Position numbers and translations under genes: made by a program
The notes under the pieces: generated by a model
The model's database searches: none
What the model was told of the DNA's origin: nothing
The model's input: only the letters and a program-made list of their open reading frames with translations
Part shown: piece after piece, positions 1 to 13,752 of the stretch
Position numbering within the stretch: position 1 is the stretch's first letter
Layout: every line of letters begins with the position of its first letter
Assembly: GCA_021613535.1 (NCBI GenBank)
Contig: CP075493.1
Span: 9,672,001 to 9,736,000, forward strand
Length of the DNA: 64,000 bases
Direction of reading: 5' to 3'
DNA from: Adineta vaga
Taxonomy: Eukaryota; Animalia; Rotifera

Positions 1-37
1 AAACAAAGACTTCAGAAATATCTTTCTTCATCGACAT
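1..37 (-). CDS. Possible first coding bases of a gene running off the left edge (MSMKKDISEVFV...)
   Basis: On the minus strand, a polypyrimidine tract plus TTTTTCAG is followed directly by ATG at 37-35. This is the only frame open to the edge, and it is divergent from GTPBP2. Confidence 0.3.
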   Translation of the reverse strand, partial: MSMKKDISEVFV

Positions 38-406
38 CTGAAAAGAAAGTGTTCGATTCGAACTATGTCATGTAAAATCAGTTGTTAAGAATAGAGCCAC
101 ACCTTTTTTCTGTAACATTCGGGTTCGAGCGATAAAAGAAATGTTAATATTGAAGCTTATCAAAAATTCTTCCTACTGTTTTGTTTTGTTTTTCTTTTCT
201 TTTCTTGTGAAACGCGCACGTGGTTACGTATCAATATATCATGCAATATCTCGAAAGACAAAGAAGTACTTGTGAAGATAAATCTATAGAGATGATGCAA
301 TTCAAAGTAAGACAGAAATAGTTGCTTCCTAGACGAGTTTATCAGATGTAATCATTAAATTTGTGTTTTTGCTTAAAATATTTACAAAAATTTATATTCA
401 TTTTAG

Positions 407-2707
407 ATGTCTAATCAGGACTCTATATCAAGTAATGTAAGAAAACGAAGAAGAATAATAATCATATAATATTAATCATTTTGTTTTGTTCGTCTAGGTA
501 AATACACATGTAACAAGTTTATTTGGTCCAGTCGATGACGATGATGATTATGACGATAATGAACAAGTACCACGATCACCATTTGTTCTTACTGGTCTAC
601 CACCAGAAGTGAGTTATACATACATTTACAAATTATTTTATCTGAAATATTATATTTTTAATAGCCACAAGAAGGTCATATTGAATATAAATTAAAACTA
701 ATTGATCCACATCCAGATCGTCTTGAACATTTAATAACTCAAATGAATTGGCGATTACAAGAAGGACAAGGTGAAGCATTATACGAAATTGGCGTCGAAG
801 ATTGTGGAACATTAAGTGGTGTTAGTCACGAAGAATTACAAGCATCGTTAGTAACATTGAAAAAAATGGCAGATAGATTAGGCGCATCGATTACAATTTT
901 ATTTCAACGTCAGTTAGACAATGAAAGACATATTGTTGAAGTTCTCATTCGAAAAGTTCCTGATGATCAACATTTTATTGATTTACGTGTTGCTGCTTTA
1001 GGAACGGTTGATAGTGGTAAGAGTTCATTAGTGGGTGTTTGTACCCATGGTGAATTAGATAATGGACGTGGACGAGCACGATTAAATTTATTTCGACATT
1101 TACATGAAATTCAAAGTGGAAGAACATCATCTATAACACATGAAATTCTTGGATTTGATGATTTAGGAAAAGTAAGATAATGATTTGGACATCTTTCTTT
1201 CGAAAAGAATTCAAATGTCATTCGTTCTTTTTTCAAGAGTATTGATTATCGTACTTGTCAAACGGCACGTGAAATATGTGATCGATCAACTAAAAGTGAA
1301 TATAATCAATTTGGTTTTCTTATTATTTTAAAGAATTCTATGAACTTCTTTTTAGTTATCACTTTTACTGATTTAGCTGGTCATTCGAAATATGTAAAAA
1401 CAACTATTTTTGGTCTTTCGGCAAATGCTGCTGATTTTGCAATGTTATGTGTTGATGCGCCATCAAGTGTTGGTCCGTTCAATTGTCTTCAAATATGAAA
1501 ATCATTATTTTTCTCTTACCTTTTTAGTTGATACAACTCGTGAACATTTTTCTTATGCAATTACGTTAGATGTTCCTGTCTTCATAGTTATCAATAAAAT
1601 TGATTTATGTTCAGAAACAAGTATACAACAAACAATCGGATGTTTAACATATCTACTTAAACATGGAAATACATCGAATCAATTAGAACCTTTTATTATT
1701 GATAAACATGAAGATCTGATTAAAGTAGCAGAGAGATTCGTTCAGAAAAGTATATGTCCAATATTTACGATATCATGTGTAACTGGTAAAAATATTGATC
1801 TATTGAAAAAATTTCTTAATATTTTACCACCAAGATTGAGTAGTAAAGAACAAGAAAGATTTTCACAGTTACCAGTTGAATATCGAGTAAGAATTTTGTT
1901 GGTTTTCGTTTTTCGATTTATGGTCTAACTGTCTGCAATTGTATTCTAGATTGACGCCATTTATATAAACAATATATCAGGTTCAGCGATTATCGGCGGA
2001 ATATTACGAAGGTATGACCATTGGAATTATTTATAGACAAAGAGATATGAAGTCAATTTATTTATGTCTATTTAGTGGCATAATTCGTGAAGGTGAAACT
2101 TTTCTTGTTGGTCCTTTATCTGATGGTACATTTTTCCCAGTTAAAGTAACTACAATTCATCGATATCGTGTTCCCAGGCGAATGGTACGGGCGGGTCAAG
2201 CCGCTACTCTATATCTTCCTCAAGTGGAAGCTAGTCGAATACGAAAAGTAAGTTTAGAAATGATTCATTCGTTCTGTTTCACATATGAAGACATTTTAGG
2301 GAATGGTGTTAGTTTCTTCAACATCGAATCCTCAAGCATGTTTTGAATTTATTGCAGAAATTTGTCTAACTATGCATCATACGAATACAGCAATACACAA
2401 AGGCTTTGAAACAACTGTTCACATAGAAAATATTCGTCAAACAGCATTGATTGTTTCAATGGATAAAGTATATAGTTTATCTATTTTAATTGAATATGTC
2501 AATCGATGATTTTAATTCTAGGAGGAGTTACATGTAGATGATCAGGCAACTGTAACATTTCGATTTCGCAATCTTTGTGAATATGTTCCTGAAGGATCTC
2601 GATTCATATTTCGATCTGGTAATCAAACAAAAGGTAGCGGTCGTGTTATTAAAGTTCTTCCACCACAACAACAACAACATCAGCAACAACCTGTCACTAC
2701 TAGTTAA
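407..2707 (+). CDS. GTPBP2: GTP-binding protein 2 (GTPBP1/2 translational GTPase), multi-exon
   Basis: Spliced reading gives PPE-PQEGHIEYKLKL...LITQMNWRLQEGQGEALYEIGVEDCG, P-loop GTVDSGKS, LDNGRGRARLNLFRHLHEIQSGRTSS, DLAGH and NKID. The last exon (2522-2707) ends RVIKVLPPQQQQHQQQPVTTS*. Confidence 0.92.
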
Positions 2708-3245
2708 CAATCTTCTATATTTCTGTCTTTCTCTCTTTACCGTTCCAATTCATTTTCGAAATATTTATATGTACACGAAAATGAGAGAAGATCAAAAAAT
2801 AATCCAGATGTTCCTTTTGTTGTTTCGTCACTTGTTAACAACATTTTCCGTCCTCATACGAAGTAATCAATTTCTATACAATTCTTTCTCACTTCTGATA
2901 TTTATTAATTTTTCATTCTATATTCATTATAGAAGAAAGAAATAATATAAATTTTCGATAATAAATATCAATATTATTCAACTTTTCTTTTTCTATCTAT
3001 CGTTGTGTACGATTCGCCATCGATCGATTTCGTCTGAGCGAAATTAAACAGTCCGCCTTGAATGAATTAGTCATAGTGATCTATAAAAGAAAAAGACTCA
3101 ATTACACCCTAAAGTGTTTTTTAGCTTCGATATATTTTCGTTCTTTTCTCTATACATAATAATGTTACGCTTCGATGAATATCTATACACTCCCTGAATA
3201 AAACCTGATCTGAAGGAAGAAAAAAGTTATTTATCGTCTGTATTA

Positions 3246-3512
3246 ATGTTACCCTTACGATTCGTTCTTTTTGGTTTATTGATCTTATCAAAATTAGTAC
3301 ATGGCATTCAAAAGCAATCGATTCAATTGATCAATTCGACGAAAAGTCATTCTTTGAATGTATCATCATCAGATGAATTCGACGATGATTATGATGATCA
3401 TTATGATTACTTCGTATCAGCTAGTTGTCAATATAAACTACATAAACATTTGATTTTTTTGTTCATTATCTTTTTATACTTTTTTTCATATAAATCAAAT
3501 ACAAAAAAATGA
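3246..3512 (+). CDS. Small secreted, possibly GPI-anchored protein (88 aa), single exon
   Basis: The N-terminus is signal-peptide-like (MLPLRFVLFGLLILSKLVHG). It has two N-glycosylation sequons (NST, NVS), an acidic Tyr tract (DEFDDDYDDHYDY), small residues SAS and a hydrophobic tail (LIFLFIIFLYFF). Confidence 0.55.
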   Translation: MLPLRFVLFGLLILSKLVHGIQKQSIQLINSTKSHSLNVSSSDEFDDDYDDHYDYFVSASCQYKLHKHLIFLFIIFLYFFSYKSNTKK

Positions 3513-3565
3513 AATATATAGCTGTCTTTTTCTTGCTTCTAGATAATTTCATTTTCCTCTATCGA

Positions 3566-5167
3566 ATGGAATATCGATCAACACGATTTTCTTTACCATC
3601 ATCTGCATCACCATCAGTGAAAAAATCCACTCTCAATCCATCAAATTTTACATCGTTATCAATTAATTCACCTAGTGGCTCATACATACCTTATTATGAT
3701 ACATATCCAGAGAATCTCACTATCTCTCTCGAACTTTTTCAAACATTAGCTATTGAACGTTTGAAAATTTTGAAAACAATCGAACAAGTTCTTGCACGAT
3801 TAAATACGACATTATCAACTGCACCAACGAATAAAAAAGATGAAATTGAAAAATTATTACGTAAAGAACTAAAAGATAAACTTAATCATTTAAAAGTAAT
3901 TAGTTTTTCGGTATTTTTTCTTTCATCTGTTCGTGTTCGTTTTTAGTTTATTATCTTTCCATCATTTACCGGTACATCATCAATTGACCTTCAAAATGAT
4001 ATTATTTCTCATTATATTCTACGATTAGCATTTTGTCCAAGTGAAGAAGAACGTCGTTGGTTTATTACACATGAACTTGAATTATTTCGTTATCGTTTTC
4101 AAGTCTTAACAAAATCAGAACAATTAGATTATTTAAATGATTCATCAAGTAATATCAAACAATTCTATGAACTTGTTTCTGAAGAAGAAAAACGACAATA
4201 TAAAGATTCATTAATTTCATCAATTGTAATGAAAGGTTTAATAAATCCATCTACAATTGCCAAATCATTTGAAACAACTTCATATTTTCGTGTTCGTTTT
4301 CAACATGTACCTGATTTAATACGTAAACGTTCATGTTTTCTTGCTCATGGTTATGCTTATGTCTCAGATAATGATATTATTTCTTTTGTTCTTCAACATT
4401 TTCGTATGAATATATCTTATCAAATGACATGTTCATCGAAGAAATATGAATTCATTCAACAAATGGATACACGTATTGAATCAATATTAAAAATGTTACG
4501 AAAAAAACGTATTCATGGTACACAAACAGCTATGGTCGCCTTCAATGAAAATGAACAAACAGAAACGATAACATTTGAAATGTTAAATGGTCTATCAAAA
4601 CGTTCATTTCCATTATGTATGCGTTATTTACATGATCAAATGATTCAACAACATCATTTGAAACATTTAGGTCGATTACAATATCGACTTTTTCTTAAAG
4701 GTATTGGTTTATCATTAGATGAATGTATGAAATTCTTTCGTCAGGAATTTGTTACCAATGGTCAAATGAATCCTGCACAATTTGAACGTGAACATGTCTA
4801 TAATATTCGTCATGCATATGGTCAAGAAGGCAAACACACATCCTATACACCTTATAGTTGTATGAAAATTATTCAAGATCCTCCACCTGGTGTCAATGAA
4901 CATCACGGATGTCCTTATCGTCATTGGGATATTCCTACTTTAAAACAACGGTTAACAACAACATATGATATCAATGAAGAAACAGTTAATGATATTATTG
5001 ATAAAGCAAAACAACATCATTATCAAATTGCTTGTCAAATATATTTTGAATATCAACATAAAGTGAAGAATTATGGTGTAGGAATTAATCATCCTAATCA
5101 ATATTTTAATGAAAGTCGAAAATTACTTACAGGTGCAACAACCAATCAAAATACTTCACAGATCTAA
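3566..5167 (+). CDS. PRIM2: DNA primase large subunit; exons 3566-3895 and 3947-5167
   Basis: Motifs DIISHYILRLAFC...RRWFITHELELFRYRF, SFPLCM, HHLKHLGRLQYRLFLKGIGL, YNIRHAYGQEG, YTPYSC, HHGCPY and HYQIAC (4Fe-4S cysteines), and HPNQYFNES. Confidence 0.95.
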
Positions 5168-5273
5168 TTTTGTCAGATAAAATTACTTTTCTTATTCTTA
5201 TTTTGTGTAATTAGATAAAAGATATAATAAATCAGAGAATCGTGCTGTAAAAATTCGCACATATGAAGAAAAT

Positions 5274-6164
5274 TTAATCTCGAAATCGTTTTCCATCACT
5301 GGATAAAAGTACATTTAATAAACGAAAATATCTTTGTGAAAAAAAATTTTCTGGAAATATATTTTTCACTTCCAATTCTTTTGTTAAGAGAAAGTTTCTA
5401 TCAATTGAAGGATATTTCATTGCAAGAAGTATCAATGTTTGTCTATAAATCCATAAGGATTCTCTATCGAGATAAAATTTCAATTGATTTTCATTTAATT
5501 TCAATTCTTCTTCAATTAAATTTAAGTCAACGATTTTTTTCGATAATAAATATGCACGAAATGAATATCCACTCGTATCCGAGATATTCTTCTTCAACCA
5601 ATGATAATTTCGTTGTAATTCTTCATCAATATCAATCTGAAAATATTCCAAAATCCATCGTCGATGTACCCATGAACCATAATTAACAAAATGTTTTTCA
5701 GCTGTTTGATTACACAGATCTAATTCTTTCATTACGAATATTTTATCTCGATCTTCTTGTTTTATTAACCAACGTCGATATCGAAATAATTGTTCACTTT
5801 TCGGTTTTAATCGAAGAAGAAGTTCAATAAAATTCAGTTCACTAGAAATATCAATCGTTGCCGATAATATTAAATGTCGACGTCTATTCCAACTTGTTAA
5901 ACATTCTGTATTATAAGCAAGTAGAACACGTGTAATGATATTCAACTGCGAATTATCTTGATAATTTTTCGAGAAAAGAAATGAATAACATAGATTAACA
6001 ATGGATTTGATTTCGAATACATTTAAACAAAGATAAATCATTTCTTCACAATGACAATACACTTTATATTCGTTTGTTGATGTTAATGGCATAAATTCAA
6101 TCGATTGACATTGTTCAATTGATGATGCAAGTAAGGAAAGAAGTGCCCAATCTGATGAAGACAT
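5274..6164 (-). CDS. PTAR1: Protein prenyltransferase alpha-subunit repeat protein (GGTase-III alpha), intronless CDS
   Basis: PPTA repeats with PTAR1-type motifs: YNTECLTSWNRRR, KPKSEQLFRYRRWL, HFVNYGSWVHRRW, NISDTSGYSFR and ESLWIYRQ. Confidence 0.8.
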   Translation of the reverse strand: MSSSDWALLSLLASSIEQCQSIEFMPLTSTNEYKVYCHCEEMIYLCLNVFEIKSIVNLCYSFLFSKNYQDNSQLNIITRVLLAYNTECLTSWNRRRHLILSATIDISSELNFIELLLRLKPKSEQLFRYRRWLIKQEDRDKIFVMKELDLCNQTAEKHFVNYGSWVHRRWILEYFQIDIDEELQRNYHWLKKNISDTSGYSFRAYLLSKKIVDLNLIEEELKLNENQLKFYLDRESLWIYRQTLILLAMKYPSIDRNFLLTKELEVKNIFPENFFSQRYFRLLNVLLSSDGKRFRD

Positions 6165-6281
6165 GTTAATAACCTGAAAAGATTTGATTTTTATTGGAAT
6201 TTATGCGAAAAAACAAAAAGAAAATAATGAATTATCACAGATTTTATTTCTTTGATACAAAAAAAATACAAAAACACTCGG

Positions 6282-7938
6282 TTAATCATCGGCAATCTGA
6301 AAAATATCCGTATAAACTTTTCGACAAATTGGACAACGATTTTCTGCCAACTTTTCTGCACATGAATCTTTACAATCCGAACAAAAAAAGATATGACCAC
6401 ATGGGATAAAAACACAATTGGCTTCGGCATCTAAACATATTTGACAAAGTCCTGAATTTGCATCTTCATCTTTCTTTGGTAATGTTTTGTTTGATGATGA
6501 TATAAGACCAATTAAAGCAAAAGCTGATATACGACCATTAAGAAAAAAGAATGGATAAAATGTTTGACTTGAATCAGCAAATGCAATCGCTTTGTTTGAT
6601 CTTAAATCATTATTACGTTGCATTTGAATACAACCTTCTTTATCAAATTTAAAACAATATTCATCAAGTTCATTTGATTTTTCATCGAATGCATCTTCAA
6701 CGATAATCCAATATTCTGGACGATCACATAATGCCATAGGATCACTTGTAAGGAACTTATGAAAATTTTCGGTAAAAATAGATGGATCTGCATTTGTAAA
6801 ACCAATTACTCCCCTTGAAAAAAGAAACTTGACACACGTATAGATAGAAACAAATGATTCCTTACGGTGTTCGATAATTTACATCGATAGATAAAATACG
6901 TATATATAATTCATCACCGGTTGTCATTGGTAAATCAATGAATACATATGGTTGTGCTAATCTTTGTACATCTATGAGATGAGATAAAAAGAAGGATTGT
7001 TTTGTAAAAGAGTTTTAAAAAAAAAGAAGCAATTTCTACTTTTTCGAAAAGCAACTTTATTCTGACAGAATAATTCTAGTTCAACTCCATGAATATGACG
7101 AAAAGCTATTGGTTGAAGATTTGAAGATTTTAAATGAGAAAAATACGTAATTGGTAATTGATCTGGTTTTTGATGATATTTCGTGAAAAATGATTTACTT
7201 CCATCAGTTATCTTCGGTGCACTAGTAAATGAAACACCTAAATATGAAGATTTCCGATAATTATACTACGCTTTTTCTCTCTGATAAGTTTTAATACCTT
7301 TAACATTTCCATAGACATCAATTACAGCCCATAATGGTTCTGATACATCAATATTCTTGCATAGTTCTTGTTCTCTTCCATCCAAAATATAGAAACCTCC
7401 ACTATAAATAAAACAAAATTCTAATATTAAAAATATCTATCAATAAATTACTCTTGATTATAATAAAAAGTAATTATGATTTCTCTTGTTAATTTATCAC
7501 AAATTCGTTTCATATAAGATATTCCATCTTTTTGACATAAATTTGGTAATGCTGATTTACATAAATCTTCTTTTCGAATTGAATTAGGATCAATTTGTGT
7601 AAAACCTAAAGTAAAATATCCATAATTTCATCTGAAAAACAATATTGATTTCTTACCAATTGCTAATGATCCTAACCATTGACCGGTTTCATCTATGTCA
7701 ACAATTTTCATATGAATACGTTCATTTTTTTTAATTTGTCTATTTGTAAATGTTACACCTGAAAAACAATCATTACAAATTAATTACAAGAATTAATTTT
7801 TGTGAAATAACCGTGATCAAATGATGTATGACGATTGGCTGTTGATCCATTTTTATCTAGCCGAATATGTTGTCCATAAGTTCTTTGATGGAATGACAAG
7901 GATGGTACAGTGATGTTATGATTTATTGATTGTGCCAT
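6282..7938 (-). CDS. neur: Neuralized-like E3 ubiquitin ligase (NHR domains + C-terminal RING), multi-exon
   Basis: Spliced minus-strand reading LSFHQRTYGQHIRL...SFDHGVTFTNRQI...WLGSLAIGFTQIDP...PLWAVIDVYGNV is a neuralized homology repeat. A second, divergent NHR follows, then the RING CQICLDAEANCVFIPCGHIFFCSDC...CPICR. Confidence 0.8.
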
Positions 7939-8713
7939 TCTAAAAAAATTTCCTCAAAATATTTCATGTTATGAAAAAAAGATTCGTTTTTTTACAATTA
8001 GAGAAAAATAATAATTTTCCAAGTAGTCATATCATATCAAACACATGTGAAACTATCAAACCATTCAGTTTTTAGCTTTACATGTGGCGACCTCTAACAG
8101 AAGATTCTCCTAAAATGAGAAGTTTCTTATTAATTATTGTCAATTTGTTGTAGTGAAAAGAAGAAAAACTTATTTCTATAACGAAAAGGTTAATGAAACT
8201 AACGAAACTTAGAGGAATACAATATGATTGGACAATAAATATCTCAAACAATGGTATGTATATGTGTAACTTAGATCCAAGTGAAACTGAAAAAAGAATG
8301 AATTACATCAATAAATTCACAATATACATTATTTGAATTTGACATATGTGTTGATTAGTAGAAATAGAATATAAAAATAGATTGAGTTCAACTGAGCTAT
8401 ATTACTTTTTTTTCAGAAAGCTCGATGAGATTGTTAGATGTAACTAGGACGTAAACACCTTGTTCACGTTTGTGAGATTTTAAAAATGAATGATATAGTT
8501 TAGCAATAACTGTGCGTATGTCATTCAGTTGTAATGGACTTATTCCCACTGTTTCTAGCCTGTAAATTTCTCTATATACTGACATGGTAACTAAGGTATT
8601 TTTCTTTATTTTGTAACCTTCCTTACATAATGATTTGAATTACTGTGCGAAGTGTAACAAGACATGAAATCAAAGAAGATTATTTCTTTATTTTAGATAT
8701 AGTAAAACGAAGA

Positions 8714-11700
8714 ATGTCAGAGAATATTCAGGAGACGGTAAATTTAACGTTTTTCTTTGTCAACATAATTAATAAAATGTATGATATTTATTTTGCAGAT
8801 TGTGGAACTGATTAATCAAGCATCACTCTATGGCAAAGATAGTGTTCGAGTTCAACATCTTCGACATGTTCAAGAGCTTATTTTACGAAAAGATCCAAGT
8901 TTACTTGATAATTTTCTTGAAGTATGTTTAAAAATTAAAAGGATTCATATATATATATACGTTTCATTCGTTTAGGAAGTACTTGGTTTTCAAACAGATA
9001 AAAGTCCAGAAATAAGAAAAACGATTATCGCATTTATTGAAGAAGCTTGGTTAGTAAGAATTAAGATTATACAAGAATCTATAAAGAAAGATTTCGTTTA
9101 ACATATTTTTAGTCAACATGATCCAGAAGTTATTGTAAAAGTCATTGATAGTCTTCGACTTTTACTCTATGATGATAATGTACTTGTACAAAAGAAACTT
9201 ATTGTTAGTATGATTACAATCTATAGATTGACATTAAAAGTAAGTTATTTGATTATTTGTAAACTTTTATGATGAATTTTGATTCGTGTTTCGTTTAGTG
9301 GCTTTCAAAATCTCGACTTGTCGATGAAAATGTACGTAGTATGTGGGAAAGTATGGTGAATATGAAAACTCATATTATTGCAATGCTCGATTCAGATAAT
9401 GATGGGTACGTCCATTTAAATTGAATAGAAGAAAATCATCTTGTATTTTTTAGACTTCGTACAGTAGCAATTAAATTCATCGAAATGCTCGCACTTGTTT
9501 TGTCAAAACGTTCACAAGTATATTGAGAAATTATTCATTTCATATTGTTTTGAATATATTTATATACATAGGATTCAATAATTCCTACTTCGAATGAACA
9601 AGATTTTTCACTTAGTTTGCTACAAGATGATCATCGTATATTACGTCGAAATAAACTTGAACAAGAAGGCAAAGATGTCATGGAAAAATTACTTGAATTT
9701 ACTCTATCACAACATTTATCAAGGTAATTGATTTCATTCGTTCATATTGTCTTTCTCATTCGATTCATTTAGTGTAAATCTAATCGCGGCCATGGGTGCA
9801 ATAGCAAATATTGCTCGACAAAGACCAGATTATATGAGTCGAGTTGTACAAACGTTTGAAGCATTACAAGGTAAATCATAATGATTGATCTTATTCGAAA
9901 TGTATTTCGTTTTTCTTTTTAGTTAATTTACCACCAACTTTAGTAGATTCTCAAGTTAGTAGTGTTCGTAAAATAATCAAATTGAAATTATTAAGTCTTC
10001 TAAAACATCCAGCATCATTGGATTTTCAACCACAAATTACAACATTATTAACTGATCTTGGTGCAACACAAGCTGAAGTATTTCATTTTAGTTTATTTCA
10101 ATTTTGACAATCTTTCGTCTTGTTCTTAGGTTCTTAAACATCTTCCTAAAGGTCCAACAGAATCCAAACGTAAATTAACATCAAGCACAAGTGAAATTAA
10201 TATTAAGAAATCAAAAATAACCACTGTATGAGTCGATCAATCTTTCTGTTTTCATTCTAATCGATTCATTTTCTAGGATGATGTACATATGTTTGATAAA
10301 GATGATTCAAATAGTGGTTTGTCTGGCAAAGGTATATCTCCAGGTAGTGCACATGGCCCAAGTGGATCATCTACCACAACACATACATCTTCCTCACAGC
10401 CTCAACATCAAACAGCAATTGATATTACAGCTGCTGATCTTGTCGGCAAATTATCTATTGGAAATGTTGTTGATCTTGTTCTTGTATCAATGTTTTTATT
10501 ACCAGAAAAAATGCCAGCATCGTTTCAAGCAACTTATACGCCTATTGCTGCTGCTGGTACGCCGGCACAAATTGAACATTTAGCACGATTATTAGGTGCA
10601 CAATTAACAGCAGCTGGATATGGAAAAGGTTATGAATTGATGAAATCTCAACAGGTATTATCGAATTAAGTCCATTCATAAATTAATTTAAATGATTTCT
10701 TTTGTATTGTTTCCTTCTAGCAAGTCAAACCATCTATTGATGATGATATGGATGAAGGAAAATCCATTACAAGTATAACAGGTGTTAGTCGTGACGAAGC
10801 ATTTCCTTCGTCTTCAACTGATATTGATAGTAAAGGAAATGTACCTTCCACTAGTGGTAATGAGTCCAGTGATATGCCATCGACATCAGCAGGAATCACA
10901 ACAATGTCAGCAATAACAGGTGTACAACAGAAGAAAATGAAACCATTCAAATTAGTTGATGCAATTAAACCAATTGAATATGATGAAATGCAACGAATGT
11001 CAACCGATTCATTTTTTCGAATTCTTAATGCTGAAGGTAAATGTTCTCTATTCATTGATGAGTTGAATAACTTGCGATTTTTTGCACTATCTAGATGTTT
11101 GTGAAACAGCTGGTGTTGGCCATGTACGAAAGAAAACAATGACGTCATTAGTATGTTTATCCGAACGAAGTTTTCGTGATAGTAAGTCAAAATGATGATG
11201 ATGAATATGTTCTATTATTCGTATTTGATATTTAGTTTATGAAGATTATATCTTTGCTGAAGTTCGTAAACGTCATGATCTTGCTTTTGCATGGTTATAT
11301 CAAGAATATGTTTATGCAAATGGATATTTAAGTATCCTAGATCCAAATAAACGAAAAGATTTTACAAAATATGATGATACATTATGTCGTCTCTTGGAAT
11401 ATTTACAAGAAAAACCAGATCAACGTGATGGGTAAATAATTCATCAATGAATTAATAGTCTTCATTATTTTTCTATTCTATTTAGTTTATTTTCTCGTTT
11501 ATTAACAAGTGCACCATTGATTACAGACAATGCTCTACTTGTATTAAAACGCTATTGTCAAGATGAAGTAAAAGACTTTTTCCTGAGAATTTAGTTTTCG
11601 AAAATAAAATTTCATTCTACTTAGAATCGTTGTCAATTTGGTATGAATACTTTGAGAGATTTAATCTTTCGTCGAATAAATATGCGTGAAAAATTCTTGG

Positions 11701-13531
11701 ATATTTTACTTGATTTTACTCATAATGAAAACAATTCTGTACGAAATAATGCAATACGAATTGCCAAAAGTTTACATGAGAAAGATGAATTTAAACAATC
11801 AATTGAAGTACGTAAAGATTAAATGAAAGAAAACTTTTACTATTAGATATTTATTTATAGCAACATGCTTTGAAATTTTTGAAGCATTTAACAGCATCAC
11901 AACCACCTGAAGCACTTTTTAGTGAAGATAAAAAAACATCAACAAGTAAATAACTATTTTTCTTTTGAACATGAGAAAACTATGAATTGTTTAGTACCAA
12001 GTGATACATGGACAGAAGAATCGATTCGTCTTTGTTTACCTTTATACCTTAGTTTAATGCCATCGAATCATCATTTAATACAACCGTATGTTAGAAAAAT
12101 TTCAGATTTTTCAATTGATTTCAATGTTTCTATAGATTAGCAACAATCTATACAGCAGTAAATGGAGATATTAAACGTGTTATTCTTCGTGTATTAGAAA
12201 TTCCCGTAAGTTTTAGTAAAGACTTTTTTGATTGTAATTAAACATGATCTTTTTTTTCTAAATAAAAGGTTCGTGGAATGGGTATGAATAGTCCTGAATT
12301 ATTAAAATTAGTTGAAAATTGTCCAAAGGGTGCTGAAACATTAGTAACACGTATTATTCATATTCTCACTGAACAAAGTATAGTGATTTTCATGTTTTTA
12401 TTGTTGATGTATACATTTTATTGTACTATTTAGCTCCACCATCACCTGCTCTAGTTGAAAAAGTACGAGATCTATATCAGAAACGAGTGTCAGATGTTCG
12501 TTTTCTTATACCTGTACTAACCGGTTTAGAAAAGGTTTGTTATTCTATTTGTATTTTGATTAAATATTCTATTAAGAAATATTTTAGAGAGAAATTATTA
12601 GTGCATTACCAAAATTAATTAAACTTACTCAACCAGTCGTTAAAGAAGTTTTCAATCGACTTTTAGGTCTTAATGGTAAGTTAATACACATTATGTCCAT
12701 AAAATTTATTCATAAACTCATTTCTTGTCATTCTTCTTTTTTTTTAAGCTTCTTCTTCTACTCCTGAAACATCACATGCAAGTCCAATCTTACCATTTGA
12801 ATTATTGATTGCACTTCATCAAATTTCACCAGAAGAATGTGAATTGAAAACTGTTATGAACGGTAAATTTTTTTTACTCTAACAATTGATTTGATTATTT
12901 CTCATTTATTTTCTCTTAGCTACAACATTATGTTTAAATGAACGTTCAATTTATACACACAATGTTCTTGCTATTGTTATTCAACAACTTGTTGATATAA
13001 ATCCAATACCCGTTTTGTTTATGCGAACGGTTTTACAAGCACTTAGTTTCTATCCAAAAATGGTTGGTTTTGTTATGAATATTTTACAAAGATTAATAAC
13101 AAAACAAGTAAATCAATTGAAAAAATTCATTTGTTCTATTCTTCAGTTTTGATTTTTTCCCCATTCTTTCTAGGCATGGAAACAATCTCGAATTTGGGAA
13201 GGTTTTATAAAATGTTGTCAAAAAACTCGACCTCATTCATTTCCATTACTTCTTCAAATACCAGCTCCACAACTAAAACAGGTTTTTCAAACAGCACCTG
13301 AATTACGCGATGGTCTTATACGTCATATACGTTCAATGTCAGCAACACAAGTAAAATTTTCATGACGAAAATATTGATTTTTAAGAAATCTTCATTTATT
13401 TTTAGCGTTCAGTGATTCCACCATCGATCTTAACTGTTATTGAAGATAATTCCGAAAATGTTGCACCAGAAATTCGTATTCAAACTATTCCGACGACACC
13501 GACAACGACATCTTCATCAACTGAACAATAA
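8714..13531 (+). CDS. SYMPK: Symplekin (3'-end processing scaffold), many exons
   Basis: Motifs [98 protein letters not shown] and [17 protein letters not shown]. Confidence 0.93.
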
Positions 13532-13752
13532 TTTCATTGATCTAGTCAAAACATTTCATTAACTGTTTATTGTCGATAGAAATATGTGTTAATGAAAAAA
13601 AAAACATAGAAAATCGAGACAGACATTAATCATACTTATTCATCTTTATTGTTGTTTTCTCTCTCTCTCTCTTTCTTTCTTTTCTTTTCATATTTTGTTG
13701 ATCTCTGCGTCGAATTTTTTTCATTAATGATACATTTTTTTTAGATTATATC

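Noticed and set aside
5336-5686. Antisense or alternative-frame ORFs in the track (e.g. 5336-5686, 10717-11190, 34145-34546, 44425-44988, 2577-2945)
   Set aside because: These are shadows of real exons or AT-rich UTR read-through with no independent domain signal.
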